Assembly: GCA_965112155.1 (NCBI GenBank)
Contig: OZ218098.1
DNA length: 64,000 nucleotides
Reading direction: 5' to 3' (one strand)
DNA from: Podarcis liolepis
Lineage: Eukaryota
The position numbers and the translations under genes are program-made. Within the stretch, counting starts at the first letter, position 1. Each line of letters opens with the position of its first letter. Below the pieces are notes generated by a model. That model was not told the DNA's origin. It did no database searches and saw only the letters and a list, made by a program, of their open reading frames with translations. Shown here piece after piece: positions 39,728-52,912 of the stretch.

Positions 39728-41332
39728 GTAAGTCCTTTGGGAGGGAATATTCTTAAGGCAGGGAAACAGCAGGAAGATTGCTTAGAGATTAAGTCTAGGA
39801 AAGAATAAAACAGCTCAGCATTTGAGTGGCTCACTCAGTTAATCCTAGCAATTTCTAGCCAGGTTAGTCATTTTGCTTGTCTGCCAGAAACCCAGGAACA
39901 ATTAGTATGGCTTATTCACAGTCTAAACAATCAATACTAGAGGAACAGAACTCAACGTCTTAGTGGAGTGCTTCCTCTTGGGCACTGTTGCTGTCCATCC
40001 AGCTCCGTGACAGTGTTGCCATCCTATTTATAACACAAAATCAATACAAGAAATAATTTTTAAAGGCATTATAAATTCGGTTTTGCATTTCTTCACAGCC
40101 TTTTCAGTTGTGGCACCCAGAATATGGAGCAACCTTCCATCACTGTATGCTTTGAGAAAAGCAATGAAAATAGTTTTATTTCTGTGAGTTTTTTCTGGGT
40201 AATTGTTCTTTTTCATGGATTCCACCACATCTACTGGTCTGAAATTTGATTGTAGCTACTCCTGGATTTTTGTTTATTAGCCACCTTTATGTAGAAAAGT
40301 GGATAAAAAGCCTTAGGAATAAAATAAAATAAAATCTTAAGCTCCCTTAGCTTTCTGAAGAGGACCAGTTGTTGTTTCAGCTGTAGCCCTGCACTACTTA
40401 GTAAAGGGCAATATCTAAAGATAAAAGATTATGGTGGTGTGCTTCAGGGCATATTAGAATTGCTTCATTCTAGCTGCATCATTGCTTACTTCCATGGAAA
40501 CCAATATGCTAATGAAGAGTCTTCGTATCTTTACTAATTGAGTTCTCTCATACATTCACTGAATACTCTTCTCATGGCTTATGGTTGGAATTATAACCAA
40601 CTCTGCTGTGCCCCTAATTTGCTCATTTGTTTTGTTTTGTTTCTAAACCATTAGTCCTTTATTTAATAACATGGTCCTTGCTGAGTTTGCAAAAGGCAAA
40701 GTGTTCCTCTCTCTCCTCCCCTTCCTCCTGCCTTTTTACTGATTGATACAAATTTTTACACCCTGTAAACCCAAAGAACTGTCACATCTGAAGTTTCACT
40801 GCTGGGAGAAATAGGATCAAAGAATCATTTGTGCATAAGAAGGAATGAAATGATTGCATGCGAGAGAATGTAAAAATACAATATCAGTTAAGACAGTTGT
40901 ATGAAACCACGGCGATTATCCATCTTTTCATGACTTCATATGTTAAATAGATCTCTGAAAGCATTGTTGCCATATAGATTGTCCTTTTTGCATGTGCCTG
41001 AGAGTGGACAGAGCTTTTGGCATCCTCTTATCTGGCCATTACTTGGATTCCTGTAAAGGAGTCTGTGCTGAATACTCTGGAATAATGTCTTTTTGCAGCC
41101 ATCTGTCCGCAGCACAATGCATTTTAGGGGGCTTGCCTGAGGCAGCAGGTGCTAAGATGCTGTCGTTCACATGACAAAAGACTTCAAAGGCACCCTTTGC
41201 TCCCAGGCAATAATCTTTTCTTTGCCATGAGGCACAGTGATCATTTGTCATGTCTTCAGATTGTTTGTGAAGAGCAATACTGGTTATTTTGCACATGCTG
41301 TGCATGATGGTGGACGTGTTTTCATCTTGCAG

Positions 41333-41426
41333 GAATGAATTAAATGAGGATAATGCTGCCTCTAGCCCTGAGGATTCTTTGAGTCCTCCTAATCTGGCTC
41401 CTACAGAGGAGGCTGCTATTGTAAAG
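41333..41426 (+). CDS. EPB41L5: EPB41L5 long-isoform exon
   Basis: gcag|...|gtatgt; NELNEDNAASSPEDSLSPPNLAPTEEAAIVK. Confidence 0.88.
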
Positions 41427-41798
41427 GTATGTTGTATCTTTGTGGGGACTAGTGGGTTTTCCAGCAGGAGTCAGTTACAATTGCAGCACAGAAGAGTAGG
41501 GGCTGCATACAAAACACTTAGTTGTGCATTGAAACATGCAGCAACATTCCTTTTCTAACTGCAGCGTTTCTTGATTCACCCAGACACTTTGGCTTTGTTC
41601 AGGCATACCATTAAGCCATAGCTAAACATTACTGTGTGTATGAACTGTATGCACTCCCCATCTCGTCTCTCTCTTATTCAGGGAAAGCCCAAGAAGATTG
41701 GGTGCGTCTACTTCTGTTTCTAGCTAACTGCAGTTTATTATGTATGATAAATTCCCCCAGGGGAAGAGGGTTCAAGCCCAAGGCTCATGCAAGATACT

Positions 41799-42125
41799 CA
41801 TAAGAACATAAGAAGAGCCTGCTGGATCAGACCAAAGTCCCATCTAGTCCAGCATTCTGTTTTTACAGTGGCCACCCATATGTGTATCAGCAGCCCACAA
41901 GCAGGAACGGAGCACAACAGCACTCTCCACACTTGCAATCCCCAGCAAACAGAGGCATATTGTATTCTGACAGTGGAGGTGGAAACAATAGCTATTGTGG
42001 CTATTAACCATTGGTACCTTTATCCTCCATTGATTTGCCAAATCGTTTTAAGCCATCCAAGTTGGTGGCCATCTCTACCTCTTGTGGGAGCAGATTCCAT
42101 AGTTTAGCTGTGCACTGCGTGATGT
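41799..42125 (-). mobile_element. CR1 LINE 3' end fragment (approximate ends)
   Basis: CATAAGAACATAAGAA tail repeat followed by GCTGGATCAGACCAAAG.CCCATCTAGTCCAGC, typical of a CR1 3' UTR. Confidence 0.75.
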
Positions 42126-42471
42126 TTAAAATTATGGACAAGCTAGGATTTTGAAAGCCTTCCATAAAAGTCACTATTCTCTCAAACTGAAGAGCTTGTG
42201 TATAGGAAACCTTCTTTACATGTGGTTTGAGCTTCCCATTGCATGCAGTTTAGGTTAGCAACAGTGGGATTCTTTGCTACTGTATTTTATTGTTTCAATG
42301 GCTTAATGAAAAGTGTATTCTTGTATACCAAACCAACATATAAGAGGAATAGATTCACAAGCTTCATCCTCACAACTTGCAGCTTTTTCAAAAGTGGATG
42401 AGATAGTAGAGGGGGAAACCAGCAGTTCCACCCGGTGACAGATTGTAATTTAATTAACTTGTGTTTTGCAG

Positions 42472-42549
42472 AACTCTCCAGAGGACTTAGAGATTTTGTT
42501 AACATCACAGGCAGAGAATCTAATTGACTTTACAGAAGCCATGCCTCGG
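42472..42549 (+). CDS. EPB41L5: EPB41L5 long-isoform exon
   Basis: gcag|...|gtaaga; NSPEDLEILLTSQAENLIDFTEAMPR. Confidence 0.88.
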
Positions 42550-43460
42550 GTAAGAGTGGAAATTAAATGGAACTCAATGATTTCATTGTGCTGTTGATAA
42601 TTTTAGAAGGAAAACATGATTGATTTATGCTTCCATCATTTGCACACAAGGCATCTGTAGTTGCAGTTGATACTTGTCTAAGCTGGTTTCTCATGTAATA
42701 ATTCTTTTCTAAGTGAGCCTTTGGGCTAGTTGAGTTACATTAGAATCCTGTACTACATGTGCATGCAAGCAAAATTCTGGACTGTCTGCAAGTCCTGCCT
42801 AGGCAGTAATTTTTTTCTGCCAGCCCATGACCCTCCTTTCTTACTGGTATCTTTAAAACCTTCCTTTGAGCCAAACAAGTATCTGACAGAACAAAATGTC
42901 TACACGTGGCGAATGTTAAGAGAGCCGTTGAGAATTACATTACATGCAAACCAATGGAAGGAATGAGTCCCACTGCAGCTGGGTGGTTTTGGAATAATTT
43001 TCTGATATGAGCTTGCTTCATTTTAAGAAATCTGATACAACTATTCTGTGATTAGTACTTAGAGTAGAACCCACTCTCCTGATTCTCCGTGAGTGAAGAA
43101 ACAAGCCATCTGTCTGCTCTCTTGGCTTCCCTGGGCTCCTTTGGAGAATAGGGTGCCACCATTCATTCATTCATTCATTTCCTTTTCCGCCAGGGATTTA
43201 AGGCTATGGGTAGTCTCTTCAACCTCAGTGATGTATAGAGAACATGGCTACCTCTTGGGATAGCCTTTCTTCTAGCCCTAGGCGTTTTAAGGAGGGGTAC
43301 CAGTGATACTGCCTGTGCTGCTGTTCAGCTATGTGATCTCTTTGACGTAATGAGGTGATAAAAGAGAGGGGAGAGCAGTGGAGAGCCTTAGGAGAGCAAT
43401 AGACAAACACTTCCTATGTCTTTCTGTGTTTCTAAGATCATTTTTGCTTCTGGGTTTTAG

Positions 43461-43502
43461 GTGTCTTCACCACCAACAGTTTTGCCCAGGTGGTTGGTGC
43501 CA
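43461..43502 (+). CDS. EPB41L5: EPB41L5 long-isoform exon
   Basis: ttag|...|gtaagt; VSSPPTVLPRWLVP. Confidence 0.88.
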
Positions 43503-44273
43503 GTAAGTATATTCACTAATTCTTCAAAGTGATATATATGCTTTTATTTTTAAGCATGCATTCAGGTGATTGTTTTAAAAATGACTCACGCCTAACCAAT
43601 AGTAACAGTAACTGAACAGTATATTTTAACCTAAATCATGGAAGTCCCTTTTAAAAAAAGAAAAGGCTTTACTGTGGTTCTGTGCAATAAATTTCTCAAA
43701 ACCCATCACTTATATTTCATAGCACTGAAGATAAACTGCTTTTGCCATTCTCATTTCATCAGTGTTTCCTTTTAGTGTTTGTGACAGTTATGGTGCCTTG
43801 GGAGCCTAGCTCTACTCCAAAGCAGCTGTGCTGTCTCTATATTCAGGGTTTTCCTTCTAAAGTAGATGCTAGGGCAGTGGCAGGCAAGAGACAGTGACAT
43901 TTCATCATCATGAGAAGACAACATCTGATGATATGGGCAGCTCCTCTTACTCATCTTCACAATGCTGTCTTCTTCAGTGACCAGAAATAACCCTTCCTGG
44001 CAAGTTCAGTATTTCCTTCCTCTGCCCTCCACCCTTGCAAATTACCTCCATGACTTTTGTCATCCAGAGTTTGGAAATAAGCCCAGCTGGGAAAACAAAA
44101 ACAAGGTTGGGGCACTTAGCCTTCTTCCAGCCCATCGGTCCACCTCTGTAAGCATCTCCCTGTAACTGCAGTATCTTGACAAACACATTTTTGGGACCGT
44201 GTACTTGAGGGAATACATGGACCAGGTTGCTTTGTGTGACCTTACTGACCTTCCTTTGGTTTTCATTCTGTAG

Positions 44274-44407
44274 AGTGGACTGGTTTCCAATGGGCCTTTA
44301 GGGAATGATGTTGCCTTATCTCTTAAGGCAGTGAAAGGCAGCACTGAGGCACTGACCATCTCTGCTGGCTCCCCACCTCCACTTTACTCGCCCGAAATCA
44401 TGCCCAG
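44274..44407 (+). CDS. EPB41L5: EPB41L5 long-isoform exon
   Basis: gtag|...|gtaagt; SGLVSNGPLGNDVALSLKAVKGSTEALTISAGSPPPLYSPEIMPS. Confidence 0.87.
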
Positions 44408-45030
44408 GTAAGTCTTTTCTCCTTGCTCCTACATTGGGTTAAGGGAATGCTATGCTACTTGAATTCTAATTTGAATCTTATTTTATTTCATGTTGGCGAG
44501 GGTGTTTTTTTACTAGTCCAGTTCTCCTATTAAACACTGGGAAGCACAATAATAGTTTGCAATTCACTATTCTTTTACCAAGCGACTTTTACCAGTGGCT
44601 TTCTGTCAGTCTTTGGGGCTCAAATTTGTCAGTCTATGTAACTGCTGCTGCATTTCAAAGAAATGCATGTACTACTAGGGCATTTTGTCGGAAGTTAGCA
44701 TTGTAGGCATTCCGCTTATCAGCATATGCACTTCACTGCAGATACTAGTAAAGTTTTATCATTGTTGGCTGTATGTGGCAAAGATGATTCTACCAATAGT
44801 GGGCAGCTCTTAATTTGATCATTTCAATATTTACCCTTGGTGTTTCCCATGTAAAATAACACTGCATTGGCTCTGATAGATATGAATTACCTTACCTCGT
44901 TTGGAATTGTTTGCTCTCCCATCAGGTTATTGAATTGATTGGCTGAGTTCATTCAGTTGCAGGACCCCTCTTCTGAGTAGGACCCTCCCCTTAAATCTCC
45001 CACACAGATTGTGTGTTGCTTTCATTTCAG

Positions 45031-45088
45031 CCCTGCTGCAGAAGATGTTACAACAAGGCCGAAATGTTTACTTACCACTGAACTCTGA
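45031..45088 (+). CDS. EPB41L5: EPB41L5 long-isoform terminal coding exon
   Basis: ttcag|; PAAEDVTTRPKCLLTTEL*TGA, the characteristic CLLTTEL PDZ-binding end; in-window CDS sums to 2016 nt with no frame break. Confidence 0.93.
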
Positions 45089-47751
45089 GCTTTGACAGAG
45101 TCTCATCTTCCTAGCATCTGCAACGTACTCCTGAAATGGACTTAACCTGGAATTGACCCATGCTCAGACCATGGTTAAAACAAAATGCCTGGCAGTTTTA
45201 CTGTGGATTCATGCAACTGGAAATCTAGTATGAAGAGCTGCTGGGAAGCCTGAGCACCTTTTGTAAAGTACACTGGAACACACATTCTGTCGCGTAATGA
45301 AATCTGCAAGGTTTCCATCCACAGCAGTGCTTTTGTCTGCTTATAAAGCTTCTTGCTGCTTTAGGGGTGTAAATAAAGTCATCACTGTGATGAACGAGTT
45401 AGTAATGGGGAGGATAGGAACTTCTAAGGCCACCTGCTGGTGGTTGCTATAAAAAGCAAGTAGTGCTAATGGTGTTTTTATAGAGCAAGCTCTTCTTTCT
45501 TAACATCTCCTTTGAATCCTCTTTTGTACTGATATCTGTCAAATGTTCTTGGCCTTAATCCACTTTCTAGACTTTGCACTTTTGCTCACCATGTATGAAA
45601 GAAACTGAATATGCAGCACCTCTATAGGTTACCCAACTGGCAGGTTCCGCTCTCTCTAGTCAAAGAAGCAAAGCAATTTTCTACCAAACACTTTTAGGCT
45701 ACCATAGTGTGTGAGTGTAACTGTTCCACATTTTGTCCCATTCTCTATAACGTGTCTAAAATACTGCTAGTGTGTAAACTTCTGCTGCAGAAGAGCTTCA
45801 GAATGGAAAGGCATGTTCCCTTGCGGCTTTTCACTGGCTTCTGTTTGGAAAGTTCCTTCCAACGAAACTGAAAATTGTTTTAAGGTATGTTCTATGAACT
45901 TGTCAATAGCTGATTTCTGTACTATAAGTACAGACTAATTAGAATTACTGCCTTTTTCCTATGTTCCACTACAATTTTTTTCCTTCAAATGAGGTTGCAA
46001 TTGGCAGGTTTTACATCTTGATTTTCTAGTCTAGTCTAGAATGTGTCTAGAATGTGTTCAGACACATTCCAGTAGTTCACCTATCTTCTTCAAATTAGAC
46101 CAGTGACTGGACATTTAGTGAAAGAGTCTCCCTCAGTATATTGAAGTGCTAATAGTTTTGGACCAGTGGGGAAATCTTTTTCTACTACAAACTCAGGGAA
46201 ATTGCTGTTCATTCGTGGAACTACGTGAATCCCAAGTTTAACTCATGCTTAGCATTTTTTTGTTTGTGGACCAATTTCTCCATGGGCATTGAGAGCGAAC
46301 AATAAAACTTGGTAGGACACAGTTACTGGTTAGGACACGATTCTATTGTTAATGTTCAAAAAATAACTTTATTCTTTTGGTTTTCAAAAAAGACAAAAAA
46401 TGTAGAAATGTGATCATCTTTATCTTCCCAAAATGGCTCTCAACTCGCTGCCCAGTTGGAAGGGTAGGTTAAAAGAATTGAAGCAAGTTCACTTAAACTT
46501 GATTTATTTAGTGTTGTATCTGTTTCAAGAAAACATTTTATGGTGCAAGAAACCTTCCTTGTTTTGGGGGTGGGTTGACACAGGCTAATGAACCAATACA
46601 CTATGAACAGCTTGATCACCCTTCCCTTTCCCCATTCTTTACTTGTTAAATGCTGCTTCTGAAATAAGAGCAGTTGCAATGCTTTTTATCTGTAGCATTG
46701 TGAGGATCGAATTTCATTTTTAAAGTATGCTCTGAGTGTAGATTATCAGCAAACTGGAGAAGAAACTGCCTAAACCATTTCAAACAATCTGGAGGTAAAA
46801 TCCAAATCACCTCATGAGTTTTATCAGTAATTTTAACAGAAGAGTGTATTTTAGATGCTACAGTAATTATTTTTAATATACCCCCGATTACAAGAGAGTG
46901 GAAGTAGAAGAAAGGTTAATAAACGGTTTCCTATCTAGAATGTTAGTGAAACTTCCTTGAGTTTCCTAGATTGCAGGTATAGCTAGTTTCTAAAATGTTG
47001 CATGTTAGGGTTGTTAGAGAATGACTACTGAACAACAACAAAATTTGTGTTGCTCTGTGTGATTTAGAGTCCTATGCAAGCCAAGCCAAAAACAAAGGAA
47101 AAATGGAGAGATGCTCAGATGTAAGAAATTGTTCTCATTTCCACTACTGTAAAATTCTGAATTACTAGGAAGTCTTAGACTACAATATTGCTGACCACTA
47201 TAGCTATCAAATGTATTTTTAAAAATATATAGCCAAAATTGATTATTCATTTGACTGATGGAGGAATACTGTGCAAGACACAGATCTCATGATCTATATT
47301 TATATTTTATTTAATGGTGAACCTACATGACTTGCAAAGTAGACAGTATTTTTCCTAGAAACAAATGCCTATTCCTGATCACAGTAAGAAACTGGGTATG
47401 GTATATAGCCCTTGTTATTGCCATGCAGTTCATGATGAGATGTCATCAGTATTCAATGGTTGCGTTGTACAAAAGAAATAATGCTTATTGTGTCATGCAA
47501 ACACTGTCATATGAAAGCTGCAGTTATCACAGAGGGAACACAGTCTTTCATAAATGCAATATGTGTTAATGGAGGTGAGCAGTAAAGTTGCTCACCTGAA
47601 CATTTGGCTATAAGACACTGGCTTTAGGGGTTAATTAAGGTTGACGGCATATATGCAGATTACTGTTACCTGATGTTAGAAGGATTGTGCTGGTTGAGAG
47701 CAACCACTATATTGAGAAATGCTTGGAAAGTAGCTTTTGTTCTGCCTATTG

Positions 47752-47840
47752 CAGGGGTGTGGAACCTGGTGCCCTTTAGATGTTGCTGGACTACAAATGG
47801 GGTTGGAGACATCTGAAGAGCCACAAATTCCCCAGCCCTG
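47752..47840. mobile_element. short degenerate hAT MITE
   Basis: CAGGGGTGTGGAA...TTCCCCAGCCCTG. Confidence 0.55.
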
Positions 47841-48143
47841 GCCCAATGCATGCAGAATTTCACTTTTGTTTACAGCAACTGATCATAAACTAGTTCATGG
47901 GCTGACCATGCTTAGAGTTCATACATTTACCAAATGGCAATTCTATCTACATGCTAAAGGAATAAGTGCCAGCCTTGGCCTCCAGCTCCCCAAACTAGTA
48001 ATGTGTGAAGCAACAGCTTTAGATGGAGTCCTATACATGTGTAAAGCCAATGGAGAATCATGCCTCTGTGTAGTAGAGTCTATAGACCACACATCTTGTA
48101 TGTTACAGTACATGCACAGTAGAGTTTGTAAGGAGGCTCACTC

Positions 48144-48144
<1 letters not shown>

Positions 48145-48177
<33 letters not shown>
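48145..48177. repeat. (TATC)n microsatellite
   Basis: direct inspection. Confidence 0.95.
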
Positions 48178-49704
48178 GGTGAGCTAGACATTGTGTTTCA
48201 CTAGTGATTATGGCTGTTTTGTTCTCTGGTGCAAACACTGAATATCAACAGTCATCCTCCTGGAGCAAAATGTTCAACTTTTTTCTTACTGTGAAATTGA
48301 TGGCCCTGGGGGAGGTATGGCATTCCGCATGCATCAGAGAATAGGGAGCATTCTACTGCAGCACCCCCAGCAGAAAGGTTTGGTGACTGATTTGTTTATC
48401 CTCTTACTTCCCTCAACTGGACAATCTTACTTTAAAGTATGTAAGATTTATTATTTTGAGTTAGAGTATTTTGTTTGTTTTTAAAAAATCACACCCACTA
48501 ACTGCTGTATTTGTAATTCTTTTTAAATGATGTAGAGCTTGACACTAGCTCTGAGTATAACTTATTTGTTTTTTTAAGTATTATATATAAGGAACACTGT
48601 GTTTCATGGTAACATATATAAACTGTGCTACAGTAACTGCAGTGAACTGAACATCTGTATATGGGAACTGTGATTTGTAGTCCACTTGGAATCAGTCACA
48701 AACTGTTGTAGTTTATTTCTAAATATAACACAACTGTGCAAAATGACTGCCTCTATCTGTTTTTCTTTTACAATAATTTTGCAATGTGCAAACAATCTGC
48801 TTCCTTCCTGCATTTTTGCCTGTCCCTAGCAGCCCCCCTTATCTTGGGTGAAGTTCTGTGTTTCTCATACAGAACTGACAACACACTATTTTCTGCTGAC
48901 CTCTCATATGAATGATACCAAGTAATAGTTGCACCCAAACAGAGAAGTTCAGTCTTAAGATTTCTACCCACAATTTTGTCTGGAAAGTGAATTAATTGAT
49001 TAGCTGACCTAGAATTAGGCCTTAAATTTTATTCCAGAATCCAAATTGCTTCTTAGATCAACAAATTTGACCTCCACTTCATTCTAAGTGGGTACACTGA
49101 TTCTTAAAAGTGTTTTTCCCCATTGCTACAGGCAAAGTGCCACATTAAGTCTAAATCAAATGGTGACTAATGACCAGCCATATTGCCAACAATTTAATAA
49201 TATATGCTTTTGTAATTATTGTCCAACTTTAAATCCTTCATCAATCATGCATTGCTTCTCAGATACAAACAGCATACATACAAAAAATGATGCTTATATA
49301 GTTTAATCACAAAAACATAGTAATATAATTTTATGTAGTTTTATCACAAAAAATAAATGTCAAAGTCTAAAAATATAAAAATAAGATCACTTATAAGCTC
49401 ACCATGTGCTGTTTAGTGGCAGCTAAACTTTTAAAGACAATTTGAAGAGCAGCACTTCTGAAACTGATAAGGCGTACAGCAAGCTTTTACAATAGCTGTG
49501 TACTTTGTAACCTTGTTTTCTGGCAAATGTCAGGAAAGGTTAACTTCAAGGGACCATTTTCCATCTCTGATTGAGCACAGCAGATTTCAAGATTCACCAG
49601 TGGGAATGGCCAAACAAAAAATATCCTTCCTTGGGGACCAGCAAAGTACTGCGATCGTCCCAAACAAGCACCAGAATTGGTTTTCAGCATAATATTAAGT
49701 TACT

Positions 49705-49850
49705 GTAGAATCATAGAATTGTAGAGTTGGAAGGAACCACAAGGGTCATGCAGTCCAACCCCCTGCAATGCAGGAATATATTCCCCAGTGTGGGGCTCAA
49801 ACCCATGACCCTGAGATTAAGAGTCGCATGCAGCCCCAGCTGCGGCATGC
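49705..49850 (-). mobile_element. tRNA-derived SINE with CR1-like tail (Squam2/PolIII-SINE-like; approximate ends)
   Basis: minus strand CGACTCTTAATCTCAGGGTCATGGGTTTGAGCCCCAC tRNA-Lys-like head, (ATTCTATG)-type tail. Confidence 0.7.
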
Positions 49851-50353
49851 ACATAGTTTTGAAATAAGCTAGGGGGAGATTATCTCGTTTCCCCACTTAA
49901 ACTCCAGGTAGATCGCATCTTCCAATAGACTGGCAAAAAGGGGGGGACACCCTCCCCCCATCCAAAGCCTAGCTACTGGGGAAGGATGGAGTGAGTGTAT
50001 GCACATCTGTGCACTCTGCCTTCCCTGGTTTAGGGAGAAGCCTGCTTGCCTTAACATATCTTAACTACAGGGGAATTAACTTAATTTTGGTTCTTTTTCT
50101 AGGGGTCTAAAATTAATTAGCAGGGCCACTTTATATAGAGATGATGGGGTGATGTAGATTCAAGTGGTATGGCAAAGCAGCTAAGAACTAAGTTGTCCAC
50201 TGGTTTCAACATACCCTTGTGTACACCTAGGTAAGACAGAATCTTTTACCAGCACTCCTATCTGCAACTTTGGGATAACAACTCTGATCCTACCTTACAG
50301 GGTTGCTGTAAGGATTAAGATGGTAACCTAAGAAGGGCTTTAAACACTCTAAA

Positions 50354-50682
50354 GCAATGCTTCCAAAACATTTTCTCATGGACCACTTGAAGGTTGCTGA
50401 GAGTCTTGGTAGACTGATTAAGGATTTTTGTGCTGTTGTAGCAACTGTAATTTGCTAGGCTGGCTGCAGTATGATTTTTAATTGTATTTTTATTGTTCCT
50501 TTTGTTTTCTGTATATTGTATTCCAATTCATATGCCATAGATTTCAAATTGTAATTCAGTAAGAATACAATATAAGGCATAAAAAACAATTAAAAATCAA
50601 TATGACTATTGATGTTCCATCTTCAACTATAAATCCAGAGCCATGTTGCAGACCACCATGGGCCACAATTTGAGCAGCATTG
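50354..50682. mobile_element. degenerate hAT non-autonomous element
   Basis: CAATGCTTCCAAA...TTTGAGCAGCATTG with CTCTAAAG/CTCTATAT flanks. Confidence 0.55.
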
Positions 50683-50813
50683 CTCTATATAAATAGAATA
50701 ATTAACTGTAGGGACAAGCAGCAGGTTTACTGGACGCTTTTTCTGCATTCACAATGAAGCTGCTTAATCCAAGCATGCAGGCCCAAACCAATTCATTGAA
50801 AATAGCAGCATGG

Positions 50814-50819
50814 TTTATT
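50814..50819 (-). terminator. candidate polyadenylation signal of the kelch gene
   Basis: AATAAA on the minus strand ~155 nt after the stop. Confidence 0.4.
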
Positions 50820-50974
50820 TCCCTGAGTGAGTGGCTCCATGAAGTGGTAACGCTGTCATTCTAAAATACTTAGATACTTCATATTCACATGACATTTTGG
50901 TTTCATGACAAAATGGGTAAAATACAACAGGGTGTATTTTTGTTCTCACTCCTTAGTATGTGTATATGCGTCAT

Positions 50975-51671
50975 TTAAATTTTGTCTAGCTCCATTTGCC
51001 AAAATGAAATTGAAGAGGAACTTGACAAAGGTTTACCTCCAATAAGCAGCAGCACAGCAGAAGACTCACTAATGTCCATGGAGGCAGAAGACTCACAAAT
51101 GTCCACAGAGGCAGGTGTCAGATCAATGAAACTTGCATTTTCCTCTGTAAAGTCCTGTTCTCTTGGTAGGTTTAGGTAGGATGTTCTCTCTCTCTCGGAC
51201 AATATGCATGCTTTCTCATTTGCACTCAGTTCTGAACTCGAAGTGGTTTGGCGTGAGCAAAATCCTGGCTCCTCCCGAGACAGGTAAAAGGTTTTCATTT
51301 CAATTTCAGTGCTACCGTCGTTGCTGAATGTTTGGTATGAGGGCTCCTGGTGAATAGACTCACAGAAACAGGCATGCTGCTTAGAGATGGCCAGTAGCTT
51401 TGAACAACCCATTTCTTTTTGATGCAAATAGCTGAGTGACTTCCTTGAAGAACCAGCAATCCCTTGGAAGCCATATCCAATCCCCAACATGCAGTGAAAA
51501 GCTTTGGATGAAGGTTCTGTTGTCCTAGCCAGTTGTTTCCACATCTGAGATGGAAAATGGTATTTCCACAGAATACTGCTTGGCCTAGTATTAGAAATTC
51601 CTCCGCCAAAGAGCAGCATGGAATCTTCAAATATTAAAGCTGAGTGTCCCACCACTTTAGGAGGCCCGTGA
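50975..51671 (-). CDS. kelch-repeat protein, terminal coding exon 7
   Basis: ttag|SHGPPKVVGHSALIFEDSMLLFGGG...VLLLIGGKPLSSSSSISFWQMELDKI*; total CDS 1368 nt = 455 aa. Confidence 0.9.
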
Positions 51672-52002
51672 CTAAACACAAGCACAACAGAGAACAAGGA
51701 ACACAGATCAGTAATGTTTATGCTGATGAAAATGAGGTAGGATTTTAGTTTCTGTTTGGTCAGCACTATACAGCACCATTAATTACATAAGATAGAGGGA
51801 ACTGCACTGAATGAAGGTATCTGAATGTATAATGCTCCCTAAATTGGCTGTTACGGATGATTATGCAATAATTCTTGGTCAGCCCAAGTTGAATATACTT
51901 TCTTTTAAACAGTACAAACATTTGTGAAACTGCCCTAATTTTTAAAAAGTTACCTCCTCAAAAAGTCTCGGCCTGATTCTGACAGAAATGTGTGGCTCAG
52001 TA

Positions 52003-52358
52003 CAGTGGTGCCTCGCAAGACGAAGTTAATTCGTTCCACGAGTTTTGTCGTCTTGCGATTTTTTTCGTCTTGCGAAGCACGGTGTCAGGAAAGTTTTGGA
52101 AAAGCTTCAAAAATCACCAAAGTCTTTAAAAACCTCAAAAAAGGCTACCACACCGCGTTCTATGAGTTGCTCCTCGAAGTCAAGTCGCAACTGTATTAAC
52201 GGTGTTAAGAAAAAGGAAACAAACTTGCAAGACGTTTCCGTCTTGCGAAGCAAGCCCATAGGGAAAATCATCTTGCGAAGCAGCTCAAAAAACAAAAAAG
52301 CCTTTCGTCTAGCGAGTTTTTTTGTCTTGCGAGGCATTCGTCTTGCGAGGTACCACTG
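52003..52358. mobile_element. Tc1/mariner (Tigger-like) MITE
   Basis: TA TSD; TIR CAGTGGT(G/A)CCTCGCAAGACGAA; internal CGTCTTGCGA repeats. Confidence 0.92.
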
Positions 52359-52572
52359 TATATAAATGCAATCCTCCCTTATCACAGCATTGTAATTTTG
52401 TATATCAGGGCTTGACTTCCCACGGCAGCCTCTTCCAGAACAAGAGACCTTGCCCAAGAAATGCATTAGAAATGCCTTCTGCTTTTCAACAGCGTTCTTT
52501 GGATCACAGAGAATGTGACTAGAATGATGCGAACATGTGCATTATTAAAGCATGAATTCAACAGCTTATAAG

Positions 52573-52712
52573 CAGAGGTGGGGAACTTTTGACCCTCTGG
52601 ATGTTGCTAGACTACGACTCCCACCATCCCCAATGAACTGGACACACTAGATGGGGCTGATGGGGGTTGGGAGACCCACAACATCCAGAGCACCACACAT
52701 TCCCTACCCCAC
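52573..52712. mobile_element. degenerate palindromic hAT MITE
   Basis: CAGAGGTGGGGAAC..CTCTGGATGTTG / CAACATCCAGAG..TTCCCTACCCC. Confidence 0.6.
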
Positions 52713-52912
52713 ATTAGAAAGGGAACCAACTTGCTGTTCCACAAAGTACAAATACAGCTTAATCCACATCCCTCAGAGGCAGCCATCGTAGCTGCCTAGT
52801 TCCCCGAGACACACATATTTTTAACCTTTCTAATTTTGGGTAGTTTTATCTACTCCATTCTCAAACTACAGCTTGCTGAAAATGCTGGTTAATAGCTCTC
52901 AAAAGATTTTAC

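Noticed and set aside
47737-48204. 155-aa ORF
   Set aside because: Spans a MITE and a TATC microsatellite in probable 3' UTR; no coding features.
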